Positions 37,948-48,868 are shown, counted from the stretch's first letter. The stretch: DNA of 64,000 nt from Spirochaetia bacterium (GCA_963675665.1 OY776510.1:3328001-3392000); one strand, 5' to 3'. A program made the numbers and translations. The notes: generated from the letters alone by a model not told the origin.

Positions 37948-40779
37948 ATGAAAAATTATGAAAAAAACCTGGGCAAAATCTTTTTTATAGTTGTATCATC
38001 CATTGCCTTGTTATCATGCCCGAAAACAATAAGCGTTGAAACATATCAGCAGCTTAAAGACATTACTGCGCCGGGGATTGAACTGTCCTGGCCGGCGGAA
38101 GGAAGTTCATACGCGTCAACCGTCGTGGTTACCGGCACAGTTACCGATAAAACTGATGAAAACGACGAATCAGGATCCGGAGCTGTTGTTAAAGTTTCTT
38201 ATGAAATTTTAAATACCGATATCGTCGGAGATGCGGTTCTTGACGGAAACAGCTTTACTTTCAGTTTCAGTACGAGGCAGTTGAGCGGAACATTATCCGT
38301 AAGAATAACGGTAACGGACTGGAACGGAAATACAACGGTAAAAACGCTGACGCTGTATGACAACGGTGCTATTCCCGATTTTTATGCGACCCCCGGAAAC
38401 GGAGAAATAACCCTTTCATGGGACGAGGTTGCCGAGGCTGAAAGCTACACTTTGTACTATGAACGTCTGAATTCAATACCGAATGAAGAAATGACCGATC
38501 CGTCCCAGGTAATTACTACAGACGGCCTGACGCTTACTATTGATAATCTTGAAAACGGTCAGATTCATACTTTTCTGCTTAAAGCAAACTGCTCCGACGG
38601 TGTAGAAAACTGGTCGGACGTAATAAAATGCATACCATTGTCCGAAGTACAGCTATGTCCGGAACTGTCGCCCGAACAGGATTATATTCAGGTTACATGG
38701 AAAGATATAAAGGGGACCGATACATACCAGGTATGGAAGTCGGCATCGGCAAACGGAACCTACTACAATGTTTCAGGCGATATCGAACAGTCTTATTATA
38801 CCGACTACCTTGTGGAGCCCGGAAAGAATTATTACTACAAAATAGTTCCTGCCGATTACTGTGATATTTTAAGTTATGCAAACACCGCGGAACTGCCGGG
38901 CCCCGTACCGTACCGCTGCCGCGAACAGTTTTCAGTATCGACGCCGAACTTTGCCTTTGACGTAAAGGTCTCCGGAAACTATGCGTATATGGCGGACAAC
39001 TACAACGGCGTAAGAATTATCGATATAACGGACAATGAAAATCCTTACGAAGTTGCAAGTTTCGATAATCCTGGAACGCTTGTGGACATGGAACTGGGGA
39101 ACGGTTATATATTTTTTGCAATTTGTGGGGAGGAGGGGGTGCCTCCGTGGTCGGAAGATGTGTATCCCGGTTTACATATGATTGATGTTTCAAACCCGCT
39201 TTCGCCTTTTGAGGCCGGTTTCTATGAACTGCCGATGTCTACCGAGATAAATTACCTTTATTATTATGAGTATGATGATAAAAATTATATTATTGCCAAA
39301 ACGGGAGCTTTGGGTTTCGATGTATATGATGTTACGGCCCCGTCTTCAATTGGACCGGTTGCATCATATGATACGCCGACCGGTTATAATGCTGAATATA
39401 TTGCTTATCTTGATAATGTTGCGGTAATTGTTGATAGCTACGGCAGCCTGTACTATGTTCTTATATCAGATCCGGAATCGCCGACTCTTTTTGCCCGGGA
39501 TGTTACTTCAACAATCAGGGGCGGGGGAGTCAATGAAATATTTATTCGTGACGACGGAACAGCCTTTGTTGTCGATGAAGATCCGAGCTCAACAACCGAG
39601 ACGCATGGACTAAGAATTCTTGATATTTCAAATCCTATTTCTTATTCATCAGTACCTGAATTATCCTTTTCCGAAACTACGGGCGCCGCAAAGGGCGTGA
39701 AGGTGGTCGGCGACTATGCATACGTTGCAGATGATTATCACGGTTTGCATATTATCGATATAAGCGATACTTCCGCGCCTGTTGACTGCGGATATATAAA
39801 AACTATGGGAGAAAGTATGCGTGTCGACGTTGACAGCGGAACAGCATACATTGCCGACGGTCCGGAGGGTTTAAGCGTTGTTGATGTAGTACCGCCGATT
39901 GTTCCGGTATTAAGGGGAGATATGTCTCCCAGGGCGAAAGTGCTAGTTTATGATGATTATTTATTCTGTCCTAATGATTCCGGACCCCCAGTTTATATTT
40001 ATAATGTTTCAGATCCTGATTTACCTGTTGTAGAAGCAAGCAAATGGGGGATTACCGTAAACAACATTGATAAAAAAGGTGATATTCTGTATGCAGTTAC
40101 CCCGTCTCAGCTTTTAATTCTTGATGTTTCAGATTTATCAAAATCGGCTTTTCAATGGGATTTAGGTTCATTGGAAATTTATGCAATTGATATTGAGGTG
40201 TCCGGGAATTACGCATATATTACTGCCGGTTCATACGGTATGTATGTCGTAGATATATCAAACGATGAGAACCCGATCAGGGTAGGACATATGGATACTC
40301 CAAGCGGATATGCAAAGCATATCGAGGTGTACGGAGATTATGCATATATGACGGACGGCGACACGGGGATACTTATAGTCGATATAAGTACGCCGACGGA
40401 ACCGTTTATAGCGGGTACATATCCTTCGGTGATATATGAAGATGAGTTTTTTATCAAGGGCGATTATCTATATATGAGAGACGGAAGCACAGCTTTTCAA
40501 ATCGTAGATATAAGCAATCCTTCTGTGCCCGTTCAAAAAAGTACGATTACAGTACCTGCAAATGTGACAGATGTCTATGTTGACGGCGATTATGCGTATA
40601 CCGCATGTAATAATACGTCGACGTCAGAGAATACGCTGGAGATCATAAATGTGTCTGATCCTGAAAATCCGTGGATTGAAGAATCGGTAGATGTAGCGGC
40701 ATCATACGTTGAAGTAAGCGGAAAATACGCCTATATCGGAGGAAACGACGGCCTGCAGATAATACAGTTAACTGATTAA
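37948..40779 (+). CDS. Large lipoprotein with Ig-like/FN3 domains and LVIVD beta-propeller repeats
   Basis: Lipobox IALLSC; FN3-like segments; many repeats of V.V.G.YAY.AD...GL.I.DIS.P. Confidence 0.85.
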   Translation: MKNYEKNLGKIFFIVVSSIALLSCPKTISVETYQQLKDITAPGIELSWPAEGSSYASTVVVTGTVTDKTDENDESGSGAVVKVSYEILNTDIVGDAVLDGNSFTFSFSTRQLSGTLSVRITVTDWNGNTTVKTLTLYDNGAIPDFYATPGNGEITLSWDEVAEAESYTLYYERLNSIPNEEMTDPSQVITTDGLTLTIDNLENGQIHTFLLKANCSDGVENWSDVIKCIPLSEVQLCPELSPEQDYIQVTWKDIKGTDTYQVWKSASANGTYYNVSGDIEQSYYTDYLVEPGKNYYYKIVPADYCDILSYANTAELPGPVPYRCREQFSVSTPNFAFDVKVSGNYAYMADNYNGVRIIDITDNENPYEVASFDNPGTLVDMELGNGYIFFAICGEEGVPPWSEDVYPGLHMIDVSNPLSPFEAGFYELPMSTEINYLYYYEYDDKNYIIAKTGALGFDVYDVTAPSSIGPVASYDTPTGYNAEYIAYLDNVAVIVDSYGSLYYVLISDPESPTLFARDVTSTIRGGGVNEIFIRDDGTAFVVDEDPSSTTETHGLRILDISNPISYSSVPELSFSETTGAAKGVKVVGDYAYVADDYHGLHIIDISDTSAPVDCGYIKTMGESMRVDVDSGTAYIADGPEGLSVVDVVPPIVPVLRGDMSPRAKVLVYDDYLFCPNDSGPPVYIYNVSDPDLPVVEASKWGITVNNIDKKGDILYAVTPSQLLILDVSDLSKSAFQWDLGSLEIYAIDIEVSGNYAYITAGSYGMYVVDISNDENPIRVGHMDTPSGYAKHIEVYGDYAYMTDGDTGILIVDISTPTEPFIAGTYPSVIYEDEFFIKGDYLYMRDGSTAFQIVDISNPSVPVQKSTITVPANVTDVYVDGDYAYTACNNTSTSENTLEIINVSDPENPWIEESVDVAASYVEVSGKYAYIGGNDGLQIIQLTD

Positions 40780-40820
40780 TTGGTGTCCCCAATATTAAAA
40801 AAATATGATATGCTCCCGGT

Positions 40821-42047
40821 ATGAAAAAGCATCTTGGTGAAATCTATAAAAGCGGCAGAATAGTACCCTTTCTTTTATCCATGATGATGTTCGGAATTGT
40901 TCTTGGTTTGTATAACGGGGTATTCAATAACTATCTTCATGATATTTTGAATTTCAGCAAACTTGAAAGAGGCTGGCTGGAGGCGCCGAGGGAATTGCCT
41001 GGTCTTCTGTTGTTTGTTTTGCTTGCGGTACTTAACAGGTTTTCGGAAATAAAACTTATAAGACTGGCTTTTTTAATGTCTGCTGTCGGAATGTGCGGAA
41101 TAATACTCTTCGGTGAATCGAAAACGCTGGTAATAATGATGATAATAGCATTCAGTACCGGTGAACATATTATGATGCCGGTAAGACAGTCGGTAGGTCT
41201 GCACATGGCGAAAACCGGTAAGTCCGGGCTTGCCCTTGGGGTTATAAGGTCTTTCGGGAACGCAGGTCAGGCTGCAGGTTACTATATCGCACCTCTGATT
41301 TTGCTTGTTTATTCCGCTATAAGCGGGAAGAAAGAAACAGGATTCAGTCACTACAGGATTGTTTTTCTGACCGGATTTATTATTCTTATAACGGCTCTGA
41401 TAATTACAACACGGATTAGACAGACCGGTGAAAAGGTCAATAGAAAAAAAATCTATATACGAAAAAAATATACACGTTATTACCTGCTGGAAGTATTTTT
41501 TGGAGCAAGGAAGCAGGTGTTCATTACTTTTGCCCCGTATGTATTAATTACAGTGTACGGTGCGGGTCCTAAACTGATTTCGATTCTTTACGGTATATGG
41601 TCCCTGCTTAATATTTTTGTAGGTCCTTTTATAGGCAGACTTATAGACAGGGCCGGGTACAAGATCGTGCTGATAGTGGATGCTGTTGTATTAATTTTTA
41701 TATGTTTATTTTACGGTTTTGCGCATAGAATATTTTCATTTGAGACTGCCTATATTGTTATTTGTATAGTATTTGTTCTTGATTCTGTTATGTTTGCATT
41801 CGGAATGGCCAGAGACATGTATGCGCGTAGTCTTTCAGATACAAAAGAAGAACTGACGACAACGCTGGCTACAGGATTATCTGTCAACCATTTGATAAGC
41901 ATCGGGATAGCCGTTTTCGGCGGCTTTTTATGGCAGAGCCTTGGCATTGAATACCTTTTCGGTTTTGCCGCTATTCTTGGAGCGGGGTCGCTTGTTTTTT
42001 CCTGTTTGCTGCATAAACCGGAAAAAGTATTGAAAGAATTCAGTTAA
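40821..42047 (+). CDS. MFS transporter
   Basis: About 12 hydrophobic segments; GRLIDRAGYK MFS loop motif. Confidence 0.88.
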   Translation: MKKHLGEIYKSGRIVPFLLSMMMFGIVLGLYNGVFNNYLHDILNFSKLERGWLEAPRELPGLLLFVLLAVLNRFSEIKLIRLAFLMSAVGMCGIILFGESKTLVIMMIIAFSTGEHIMMPVRQSVGLHMAKTGKSGLALGVIRSFGNAGQAAGYYIAPLILLVYSAISGKKETGFSHYRIVFLTGFIILITALIITTRIRQTGEKVNRKKIYIRKKYTRYYLLEVFFGARKQVFITFAPYVLITVYGAGPKLISILYGIWSLLNIFVGPFIGRLIDRAGYKIVLIVDAVVLIFICLFYGFAHRIFSFETAYIVICIVFVLDSVMFAFGMARDMYARSLSDTKEELTTTLATGLSVNHLISIGIAVFGGFLWQSLGIEYLFGFAAILGAGSLVFSCLLHKPEKVLKEFS

Positions 42048-42050
42048 TGA

Positions 42051-43010
42051 TTACATAATAATACCGAGTTCTGTAATGTCAGTTTCACAATTACTGCATA
42101 AGCCGTCCGTTATTCCTGTAATCCGGGTGTGATAAGCGCTTCGGTTGATAAGTTCGTTTCCGCATGAAGGGCATTTTGTATTTTGCACGCCGCCGGTAAT
42201 ATTACCTGTGAAAACAAACGGAAGATATTCGGAAGCCTTTTCGGCAAGCAATACAAGGCGGCCGGGGTCGGTGGGCGGCGCTGAGTACTTATAAGCCGGG
42301 TAATATGCTGAAAGATGGTAAACAATATTTTTATCAAATGATGCGAGAAACCCGGCTGCAGCCGAGATTTCTTCCAGGCTGTCGTTTTTACCTGGAATAA
42401 CAAGGGTAGTTACCTCCGTGTGCACAGACTCCGCGGCAGCTCTGATGAAATCGAGTACAGGCTCAAGACGTCCGCCGAGTTCCATACGGTAGAAATCATC
42501 GCTGAAGGATTTAAGATCAATATTGACCGCGTCAATATTTTCAAGAAATTTATTTGTTTTAAAATCATTTATATAGCCGTTTGTAACAAGAACATTTTTT
42601 AAACCTTTTTTCGAAGCAATTTTTGAAGCATCAATAATGTACTCGTAATGAACAACAGGCTCACTGTATGTGTATGCGATTCCGAAAGAACCTTCGGAAA
42701 CTGCGGTTTCGACAAGCTGCTCAGGGGAAGTAATCCGGCCGGAAGGTTTCGGGAATTCCTTTGATATATGGTAATTCTGACAGAACGGGCAGGAGAGACT
42801 GCAGCCGTAGAAACCGGCCGATAAAATACTGCTGCCGGGGTAAAAGTGGTATAGGGGCTTCTTTTCTATCGGATCAACAGACAGCGCGGACAACATACCG
42901 TAACAGGGAAGTTCAATCCGGTCCCCGCTGCATTTCCTGACGCCGCATATACCGAAATCATTTTCTTTAATAAGACATTTATTCGGACATATATCACAGC
43001 GGCAGGACAT
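42051..43010 (-). CDS. amrS: AmmeMemoRadiSam-system radical SAM enzyme
   Basis: C..CP..C.......G.C.VR, DPIEKKPLYHFYPG, GCSLSCPFCQN, AYTYSEP, LVTNGYI, C-terminal CPSCG...C..C. Confidence 0.9.
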   Translation of the reverse strand: MSCRCDICPNKCLIKENDFGICGVRKCSGDRIELPCYGMLSALSVDPIEKKPLYHFYPGSSILSAGFYGCSLSCPFCQNYHISKEFPKPSGRITSPEQLVETAVSEGSFGIAYTYSEPVVHYEYIIDASKIASKKGLKNVLVTNGYINDFKTNKFLENIDAVNIDLKSFSDDFYRMELGGRLEPVLDFIRAAAESVHTEVTTLVIPGKNDSLEEISAAAGFLASFDKNIVYHLSAYYPAYKYSAPPTDPGRLVLLAEKASEYLPFVFTGNITGGVQNTKCPSCGNELINRSAYHTRITGITDGLCSNCETDITELGIIM

Positions 43011-43741
43011 CAGGCTTTCACTGTAGAATGGGTTTTATAAACAAGAGAATCAAGATAATCGATAAAACAGTCACGATCAGCCTCATCAAAATCCACGAAC
43101 CTGAAACTGATGCTCTTGTTGTTTCTGACTACCCTGACGCCGACAGAGCAGGTATAGTCGCTGAAACGGATTGAGCAGGCGGGGATATTTATACCTTCGC
43201 GGATATCGGATGTAAGTTGAGGCCTGTCGGGATCAAATCTCAAACCGTCAAAGGACAAATCGGAAACTGTTCCGGTAATAAGAGTGAAATTGTCGGGATG
43301 GTTAAAAAGAAATTCAACATTCTTGTAAAGTGCTGTGTTAAACCTTCTCGGACCTCTGTTGTCTTCGTGAACAAGGTATCTTGAAAGAATAGTCTCAAGC
43401 TGGGTGATTTCAAGTGGACTTTGAAAATCTTCGGAAATTACGCCGCTGACTGAAAGACTTCCCGCTTTAAGAACTTCTTCATCGTTAAAAGATTCACCGC
43501 TTAAAATTATAAATACGGATTTTTCACGTTTGAATAATTGTCTTAGGACCAGCAGAAACGGTTTCCAGTGCCTGGGAAAATCTTCGGCATTAAAGAGAAC
43601 GGCCTCCGGTTCGATTTCGGCAAGGTTATCCATTGCTTTAAGCGGGTTATCGTAAACGATAACATCGTATCCAAGCCGGTTAAAATGCGACAAAACTCTT
43701 TTTCGGGTTTCCTCTTTAGCTGTTACAAGAAGTAATTTCAT
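43010..43741 (-). CDS. Receiver-like + PilZ domain protein
   Basis: N-terminal receiver-like fold without a clear phospho-Asp; RGPRR (RxxxR) and DLSFDG (DxSxxG) PilZ motifs. Confidence 0.78.
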   Translation of the reverse strand: MKLLLVTAKEETRKRVLSHFNRLGYDVIVYDNPLKAMDNLAEIEPEAVLFNAEDFPRHWKPFLLVLRQLFKREKSVFIILSGESFNDEEVLKAGSLSVSGVISEDFQSPLEITQLETILSRYLVHEDNRGPRRFNTALYKNVEFLFNHPDNFTLITGTVSDLSFDGLRFDPDRPQLTSDIREGINIPACSIRFSDYTCSVGVRVVRNNKSISFRFVDFDEADRDCFIDYLDSLVYKTHSTVKA

Positions 43742-44688
43742 TCCGTCCCCAGGTTTCTGACATCATAATCATAAATATACCAGATATTATTGTCGCGGTG
43801 AAGATAATACAGGTACTCCTTGATTTCAATAAAGCCGGTGTATTGAAATTTCTCTATTACTTTTACTTCAGCTTCGTAATCGGTATATGTGGTACGCTGG
43901 ATATCATAATCAAGAGGTATCATAACAATATCGGAATCAACTGTTTCATTAAGCAAAAGGTTGCGATAGTTCTGAATCTCGGTAATTCTGTCCTGCTGTG
44001 ATAACCTGCGGTATCGTTCAGCATTTGACTGGCTTCTGAGATAAAGACCTTCAAGATCAAGGTAAAGAAGGAATTTATTCCATTGGCTTTTTTGCCTGGC
44101 TGAAAGAATATAATCGATAACTTCATCCGGCGGGACCGGGTTGGCTTTAATAATTTCACCGGTTTCATAGTCGATTAAATCCTGAATTTCAGCAGTCGAC
44201 GATGCCGGGCGAAGATTGAGCGTGAGATTGTTGGAAACATAATAACGAGAGTCCGAATTAGTATAAAGTTCAGGATAGAAACGTGCGTTCAAAATAAAAA
44301 CGCCGGCTTCGGTCATATCAGTAAAATCAGACAACTCAACAACAATTGAATAAGTTTCACCCGGCGAAAGGCTTATTTCACGGAAGAACACCTGTTGATT
44401 AGTGCTTCTATCCATGATAAATTCCTGCGAGCGGTTCAACTGTCTGTTTGTAAGCGTTTTAACGATAAATTCATAATTAAAACAGCGTAATTCAGAAGAT
44501 TTGAATCTGAAAGTATCGGGGCTGTTGTTTATAATTTCCAGCTTTATTTTTACAGGACTGTCGGTATAGTAGATTTTTTTATCATAATATCTGATTCTAA
44601 CTTCAATTTGATCAGAAAAAGCCGGCAAAAACGCGGAGAAAATGAAAACCAATGTTAACAATAGAAATAAGTATTTCTTCAACTTCAT
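43738..44688 (-). CDS. Exported hypothetical protein
   Basis: Signal peptide MKLKKYLFLLL...PAFS; stop overlaps the PilZ gene start (ATGA). Confidence 0.75.
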   Translation of the reverse strand: MKLKKYLFLLLTLVFIFSAFLPAFSDQIEVRIRYYDKKIYYTDSPVKIKLEIINNSPDTFRFKSSELRCFNYEFIVKTLTNRQLNRSQEFIMDRSTNQQVFFREISLSPGETYSIVVELSDFTDMTEAGVFILNARFYPELYTNSDSRYYVSNNLTLNLRPASSTAEIQDLIDYETGEIIKANPVPPDEVIDYILSARQKSQWNKFLLYLDLEGLYLRSQSNAERYRRLSQQDRITEIQNYRNLLLNETVDSDIVMIPLDYDIQRTTYTDYEAEVKVIEKFQYTGFIEIKEYLYYLHRDNNIWYIYDYDVRNLGTE

Positions 44689-44710
44689 ATCCTTATTTTC
44701 GGAATAAAAC

Positions 44711-47700
44711 ATGATAAATTTATTTTTTAATAAAATAAAGGAAAAACTGCGGGAATACAAACCATTTTCTCAATTAGATGAAAAGATCAGTAAAAAAAGT
44801 TACCCGATTGAAGTTGAAGGTGTAGAAGGGCTTTTTAAATCTGTTTTGCTTGCGTCAGTTGCCGATGAATCAGGTTGCGCTCTAACCATAGTAGCGTCGG
44901 ATGAAAAGGAATGTGAAGCAATCCAAAGAGATCTTGAAGTTCTTGGTAAAGAATCATTGTTCTTTAACGGCTATAACAAAAGCGTATACAGTCTCGGGAA
45001 AATTCAGAGTTCGGTACTCGGAGAGCGAATGCGGATAATGTCCGAGATGCAGAATAATCAAAACAGAATAGTCATAACCACCCTGAGAACTTATCTCAGT
45101 CCTTTGCCGCCACCTGAATTTATTAAATCGCTGATGTTGAGAGTAAAAAAAGGCGATGATATCGATTCCGAAAAAATGGAAAATATGCTGGTTGAATATG
45201 GCTATATGAGAGTCCCAAGGGTGAGTGTTCATGGTGAATTCGCATTAAGGGGTGAAGTCCTTGATATATATATAGCAGGACATGATGACCCGGTTAGAAT
45301 TGTGTTTGAATTTGACCAGGTTGAAGAGATAAAAAAGTTTGATCCGCTGACTCAAAGGTCTATTGAAAAAGCTGATTTTGCAGATATCATTCCAGTCAAG
45401 GAATTTATCTGGTCGGAAGAGAGGATTCTGGGGCTTAAATCCAGGCTTTACGGAAGAGAATTCGGCAATACGGAGGAAATCGAACCGCTTCTTGAAGAAC
45501 TTAAAGAAAGAAAAGAGACCGAATATGATGAATTAATTTTTCCGCTGAGTTTTGATTATATGGCCAGGCTTTCTGATTATAATAATGACAGCGGAATAAC
45601 TGTATTCTGCGGAATTGAGAATCTTTCAAGGTTATACGGTCAGATCAGACAGGAATACAATAAACTGTATTCGGCAACAAGAATAACCGAAGATAACCCC
45701 GTCGGACGATTTTTCCCTCATCCTTCCGAGATATTATTCGATTTTGATGAAGCCGTAGAAAAGACGGAGAACCGGCTGGTAATTGTCAATCTGCGCGATC
45801 CGGAGAAAATTGAAAAAAGAATCGATTTCCTGTATAACGGACCGCGGGCATTTTTTGGAAACATATCTTATTTTCGTGAGGAATTGAAATCTCTTTTAAA
45901 TGCAGGGTATCAGGTAGATATTTTTGCTGAATCACAAACACAGTCGGAAAGAATAAAATATCTTCTTAAGGATTATAAGGTAACGGTTTATTCCGAAGGA
46001 ATAACTTCCGGTTTTTCTCTTCCTGAACTGAAAATTATCTGTATTGCCGAGAGCGAAATATTCGGACGACGACGGAAACTTCCGCCTTCAATAAAAAAAG
46101 CTAAAAGCGAAGCAATAGAAACATTTGTAGATTTGAATCCGGGCGATTTTATTGTTCATATTAATCACGGAATAGGTCTTTTCAAGGGAATTGACAGAAT
46201 AAGCACAAAAAAGACAGAGCGTGATTATATTAAACTGGAATATTCTGATGATGAAATGGTTTTTTTGCCGATTGAACAGGTGAATATGATCCAGAGGTAT
46301 ATCGGAAATGAAGGAAGGCCTCCGGCGCTCGATAGGATTGGCGGTAAAGCGTGGGAGAATCGCAAAAACAAGGTCAAAAAATCTGTTGAAGATCTTGCTG
46401 ACATGCTTATAAAACTGTATTCGGAGAGAAAAGAAGCTGTCGGTTACGCCTTTCCGAAAGATACCGACTGGCAGATTGAATTTGAAGCAGCATTTCCATA
46501 CCAGGAAACTGAAGACCAGTTGACCTGCATTGATGAAATAAAGAATGACATGGAAATCCCTGCACCGATGGACAGGCTGGTATGCGGTGATGTCGGGTAC
46601 GGGAAAACCGAGGTTGCAATGAGGGCGGCAATGAAAGCCGTAATCGGCGGACGACAGGTAGCCTTTCTTGCTCCGACAACTATTCTTGCAGAACAGCATT
46701 ATGAAAACTTTACGGAAAGGTTTGAGAGATTTCCCGTTAAAATTGAAATGATTTCAAGATTCGTAAAGCGGAAGGCCCAGAAGGAAATTATTGAAAGAAC
46801 TGTTTCAGGAGAGGTTGATATTCTGATTGGGACTCACAGAATCCTGCAGAAAGATGTTAAATATAAACAGCTCGGACTGCTTATCATAGATGAAGAACAG
46901 CGCTTCGGAGTAAAAGACAAGGAAAGGCTGAAACAGCTTAAAACAAATATTGACTGTCTGGCTTTATCGGCGACACCGATTCCGAGAACGCTGCATATGT
47001 CGTTGCTTAAGATTAGAGATATGTCTCTTTTAAAAACAGCACCTAATAACCGCAGGCCTATCGAAACATATATCAGGGAATTTGATGATGAGATAATTGC
47101 AGAAGCGATCAGACGTGAAACGGACAGGGGCGGGCAGGTGTTTTTTCTTCATAACAGGGTTGAAACACTTGAGCAGGTTTTAATGTTTCTGGGAAGGGTC
47201 GTTCCTGAAATTATGGTGGAAACTGCACACGGGCAGATGAGCGCGACTCAGCTTGAAGACGTAATGCATCGGTTTATCAACGGCGCATTTCAGGTGCTTG
47301 TAGCTACTACGATAATAGAAAACGGAATAGATATACCGAATGTAAATACAATTATAATAGATCGGGCTGATAATTACGGTATCTCGCAGTTGTACCAGCT
47401 CAGAGGGCGGGTAGGACGTTCAAACAGAAAATCCTATGCCTATTTGCTGTATCCCGATCAGCGTGCTTTATCGGAAATAGCCATGAAACGATTGCAGGTC
47501 ATATCCGATTTAACGGAACTAGGTTCGGGATTCAAGATAGCCATGAAGGATATGGAAATCAGGGGAGCGGGAAATCTGCTGGGCAGACAGCAAAGCGGCG
47601 ATATAATGTCGGTTGGATTTGATATGTACGTAAAACTGCTTGATGAAGCGGTATCCGAACGTTCAACGGATAAGCATGAACCCCGTGCCCCGGAAGTCTT

Positions 47701-48130
47701 TCTTGATCTTGATTATACCGGTTTTATTCCTGATACCTATATAAATGAATCCGTTGAAAAAATGGAAGTATATAAAAAAATTGCATCGGTTCAGAATGAA
47801 GAGGAACTTGCGGGAGTTAACCAGGAACTGGAAGATCAATACGGACCGCTTCCTGAAGAAGTGCAGAATCTTCTTGCCATTGCAGATATAAGGGCGATGT
47901 CAAAGAAACTGCATATTTCCAGAATCCGGGAACGCAGTGGAAGCATCAGGGTTGAATTTGCTTTTATCAGGGTTATAAACCCGGATAATGTCGCAAGACT
48001 GATTGTTGAGAGCGGCGGGAAAGTTACGATTAATCAGAAAAAAATAAATGAACTCATTATTAAAACTGAGTCAATTAATCTTGCCGAGAAAGCTGAATAT
48101 TTGAGAGACAGGCTCAGCAGGCTTATATAG
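44711..48130 (+). CDS. mfd: Transcription-repair coupling factor
   Basis: GEFALRG, VHINHGIG, DRLVCGDVGYGKTEVA, DEEQRFG, SATPIPRTL, QLRGRVGRS, TRCF C-terminus. Confidence 0.97.
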   Translation: MINLFFNKIKEKLREYKPFSQLDEKISKKSYPIEVEGVEGLFKSVLLASVADESGCALTIVASDEKECEAIQRDLEVLGKESLFFNGYNKSVYSLGKIQSSVLGERMRIMSEMQNNQNRIVITTLRTYLSPLPPPEFIKSLMLRVKKGDDIDSEKMENMLVEYGYMRVPRVSVHGEFALRGEVLDIYIAGHDDPVRIVFEFDQVEEIKKFDPLTQRSIEKADFADIIPVKEFIWSEERILGLKSRLYGREFGNTEEIEPLLEELKERKETEYDELIFPLSFDYMARLSDYNNDSGITVFCGIENLSRLYGQIRQEYNKLYSATRITEDNPVGRFFPHPSEILFDFDEAVEKTENRLVIVNLRDPEKIEKRIDFLYNGPRAFFGNISYFREELKSLLNAGYQVDIFAESQTQSERIKYLLKDYKVTVYSEGITSGFSLPELKIICIAESEIFGRRRKLPPSIKKAKSEAIETFVDLNPGDFIVHINHGIGLFKGIDRISTKKTERDYIKLEYSDDEMVFLPIEQVNMIQRYIGNEGRPPALDRIGGKAWENRKNKVKKSVEDLADMLIKLYSERKEAVGYAFPKDTDWQIEFEAAFPYQETEDQLTCIDEIKNDMEIPAPMDRLVCGDVGYGKTEVAMRAAMKAVIGGRQVAFLAPTTILAEQHYENFTERFERFPVKIEMISRFVKRKAQKEIIERTVSGEVDILIGTHRILQKDVKYKQLGLLIIDEEQRFGVKDKERLKQLKTNIDCLALSATPIPRTLHMSLLKIRDMSLLKTAPNNRRPIETYIREFDDEIIAEAIRRETDRGGQVFFLHNRVETLEQVLMFLGRVVPEIMVETAHGQMSATQLEDVMHRFINGAFQVLVATTIIENGIDIPNVNTIIIDRADNYGISQLYQLRGRVGRSNRKSYAYLLYPDQRALSEIAMKRLQVISDLTELGSGFKIAMKDMEIRGAGNLLGRQQSGDIMSVGFDMYVKLLDEAVSERSTDKHEPRAPEVFLDLDYTGFIPDTYINESVEKMEVYKKIASVQNEEELAGVNQELEDQYGPLPEEVQNLLAIADIRAMSKKLHISRIRERSGSIRVEFAFIRVINPDNVARLIVESGGKVTINQKKINELIIKTESINLAEKAEYLRDRLSRLI

Positions 48131-48147
48131 GATGAAACTTTAAAGAA

Positions 48148-48819
48148 ATGGAAGAAAGAAAGAATATTAAAAGCTATGTGTTACGTGCAAGCAGGATGAG
48201 CAGCGGCCAGAAGAAGGCAATAGAAACCCTGTCTGATAAATACTGTATAGAGTATAAGAGAGAAACTATTGATTTCAGAAATTATTTCAGGCAGGGAGAC
48301 GTATGCATTGAAATCGGATTCGGGATGGGTGTTGCAACTGCTGAAATAGCCGCAAAAAATCCTGATATGAATTATATCGGGATTGAGGTGCACAAACCTG
48401 GGGTTGGAAGGCTGCTTGCGGCTATAGAAAAAACCGGTTTAAAGAACCTGATGATAATAAACCATGATGCCGTAGAGGTTTTAACAGAAATGATACCGGA
48501 TAATTCGATTACAGGAGTTCATATTTTTTTTCCTGATCCGTGGCCGAAGAAGAAGCATCATAAAAGAAGACTGATTAATACTGAATTCGTATCACTGTTG
48601 AGAAAAAAACTGACCCCTGACGGATATATATATGCAGCAACAGATTGGGAAGATTACGCCGGGCAGATGTTGAAAGTTTTCAACAGTGCGAAAGGACTGA
48701 AAAACCAGTTTGATAAATGGGCTGAATCCCCGGTGTGGAGACCGGAAACGGCGTTTGAACGAAAAGGAATTAATAAAAACCATGTAATTCGTGAATTATA
48801 CTATAAACCTGTTAAGTAA
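48148..48819 (+). CDS. trmB: tRNA (guanine-N7)-methyltransferase
   Basis: IEIGFGMG, GIEVH, FFPDPWPKKKHHKRRL, ATDW..YA, RPETAFE. Confidence 0.96.
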   Translation: MEERKNIKSYVLRASRMSSGQKKAIETLSDKYCIEYKRETIDFRNYFRQGDVCIEIGFGMGVATAEIAAKNPDMNYIGIEVHKPGVGRLLAAIEKTGLKNLMIINHDAVEVLTEMIPDNSITGVHIFFPDPWPKKKHHKRRLINTEFVSLLRKKLTPDGYIYAATDWEDYAGQMLKVFNSAKGLKNQFDKWAESPVWRPETAFERKGINKNHVIRELYYKPVK

Positions 48820-48868
48820 TAATCAAATTTCCTTGCTAATCATAGCTGTTTTGTAATATTATAGCGGA

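Noticed and set aside
37691-40820. tRNA-anchored integrative element
   Set aside because: No integrase and no duplicated tRNA 3' end seen downstream.
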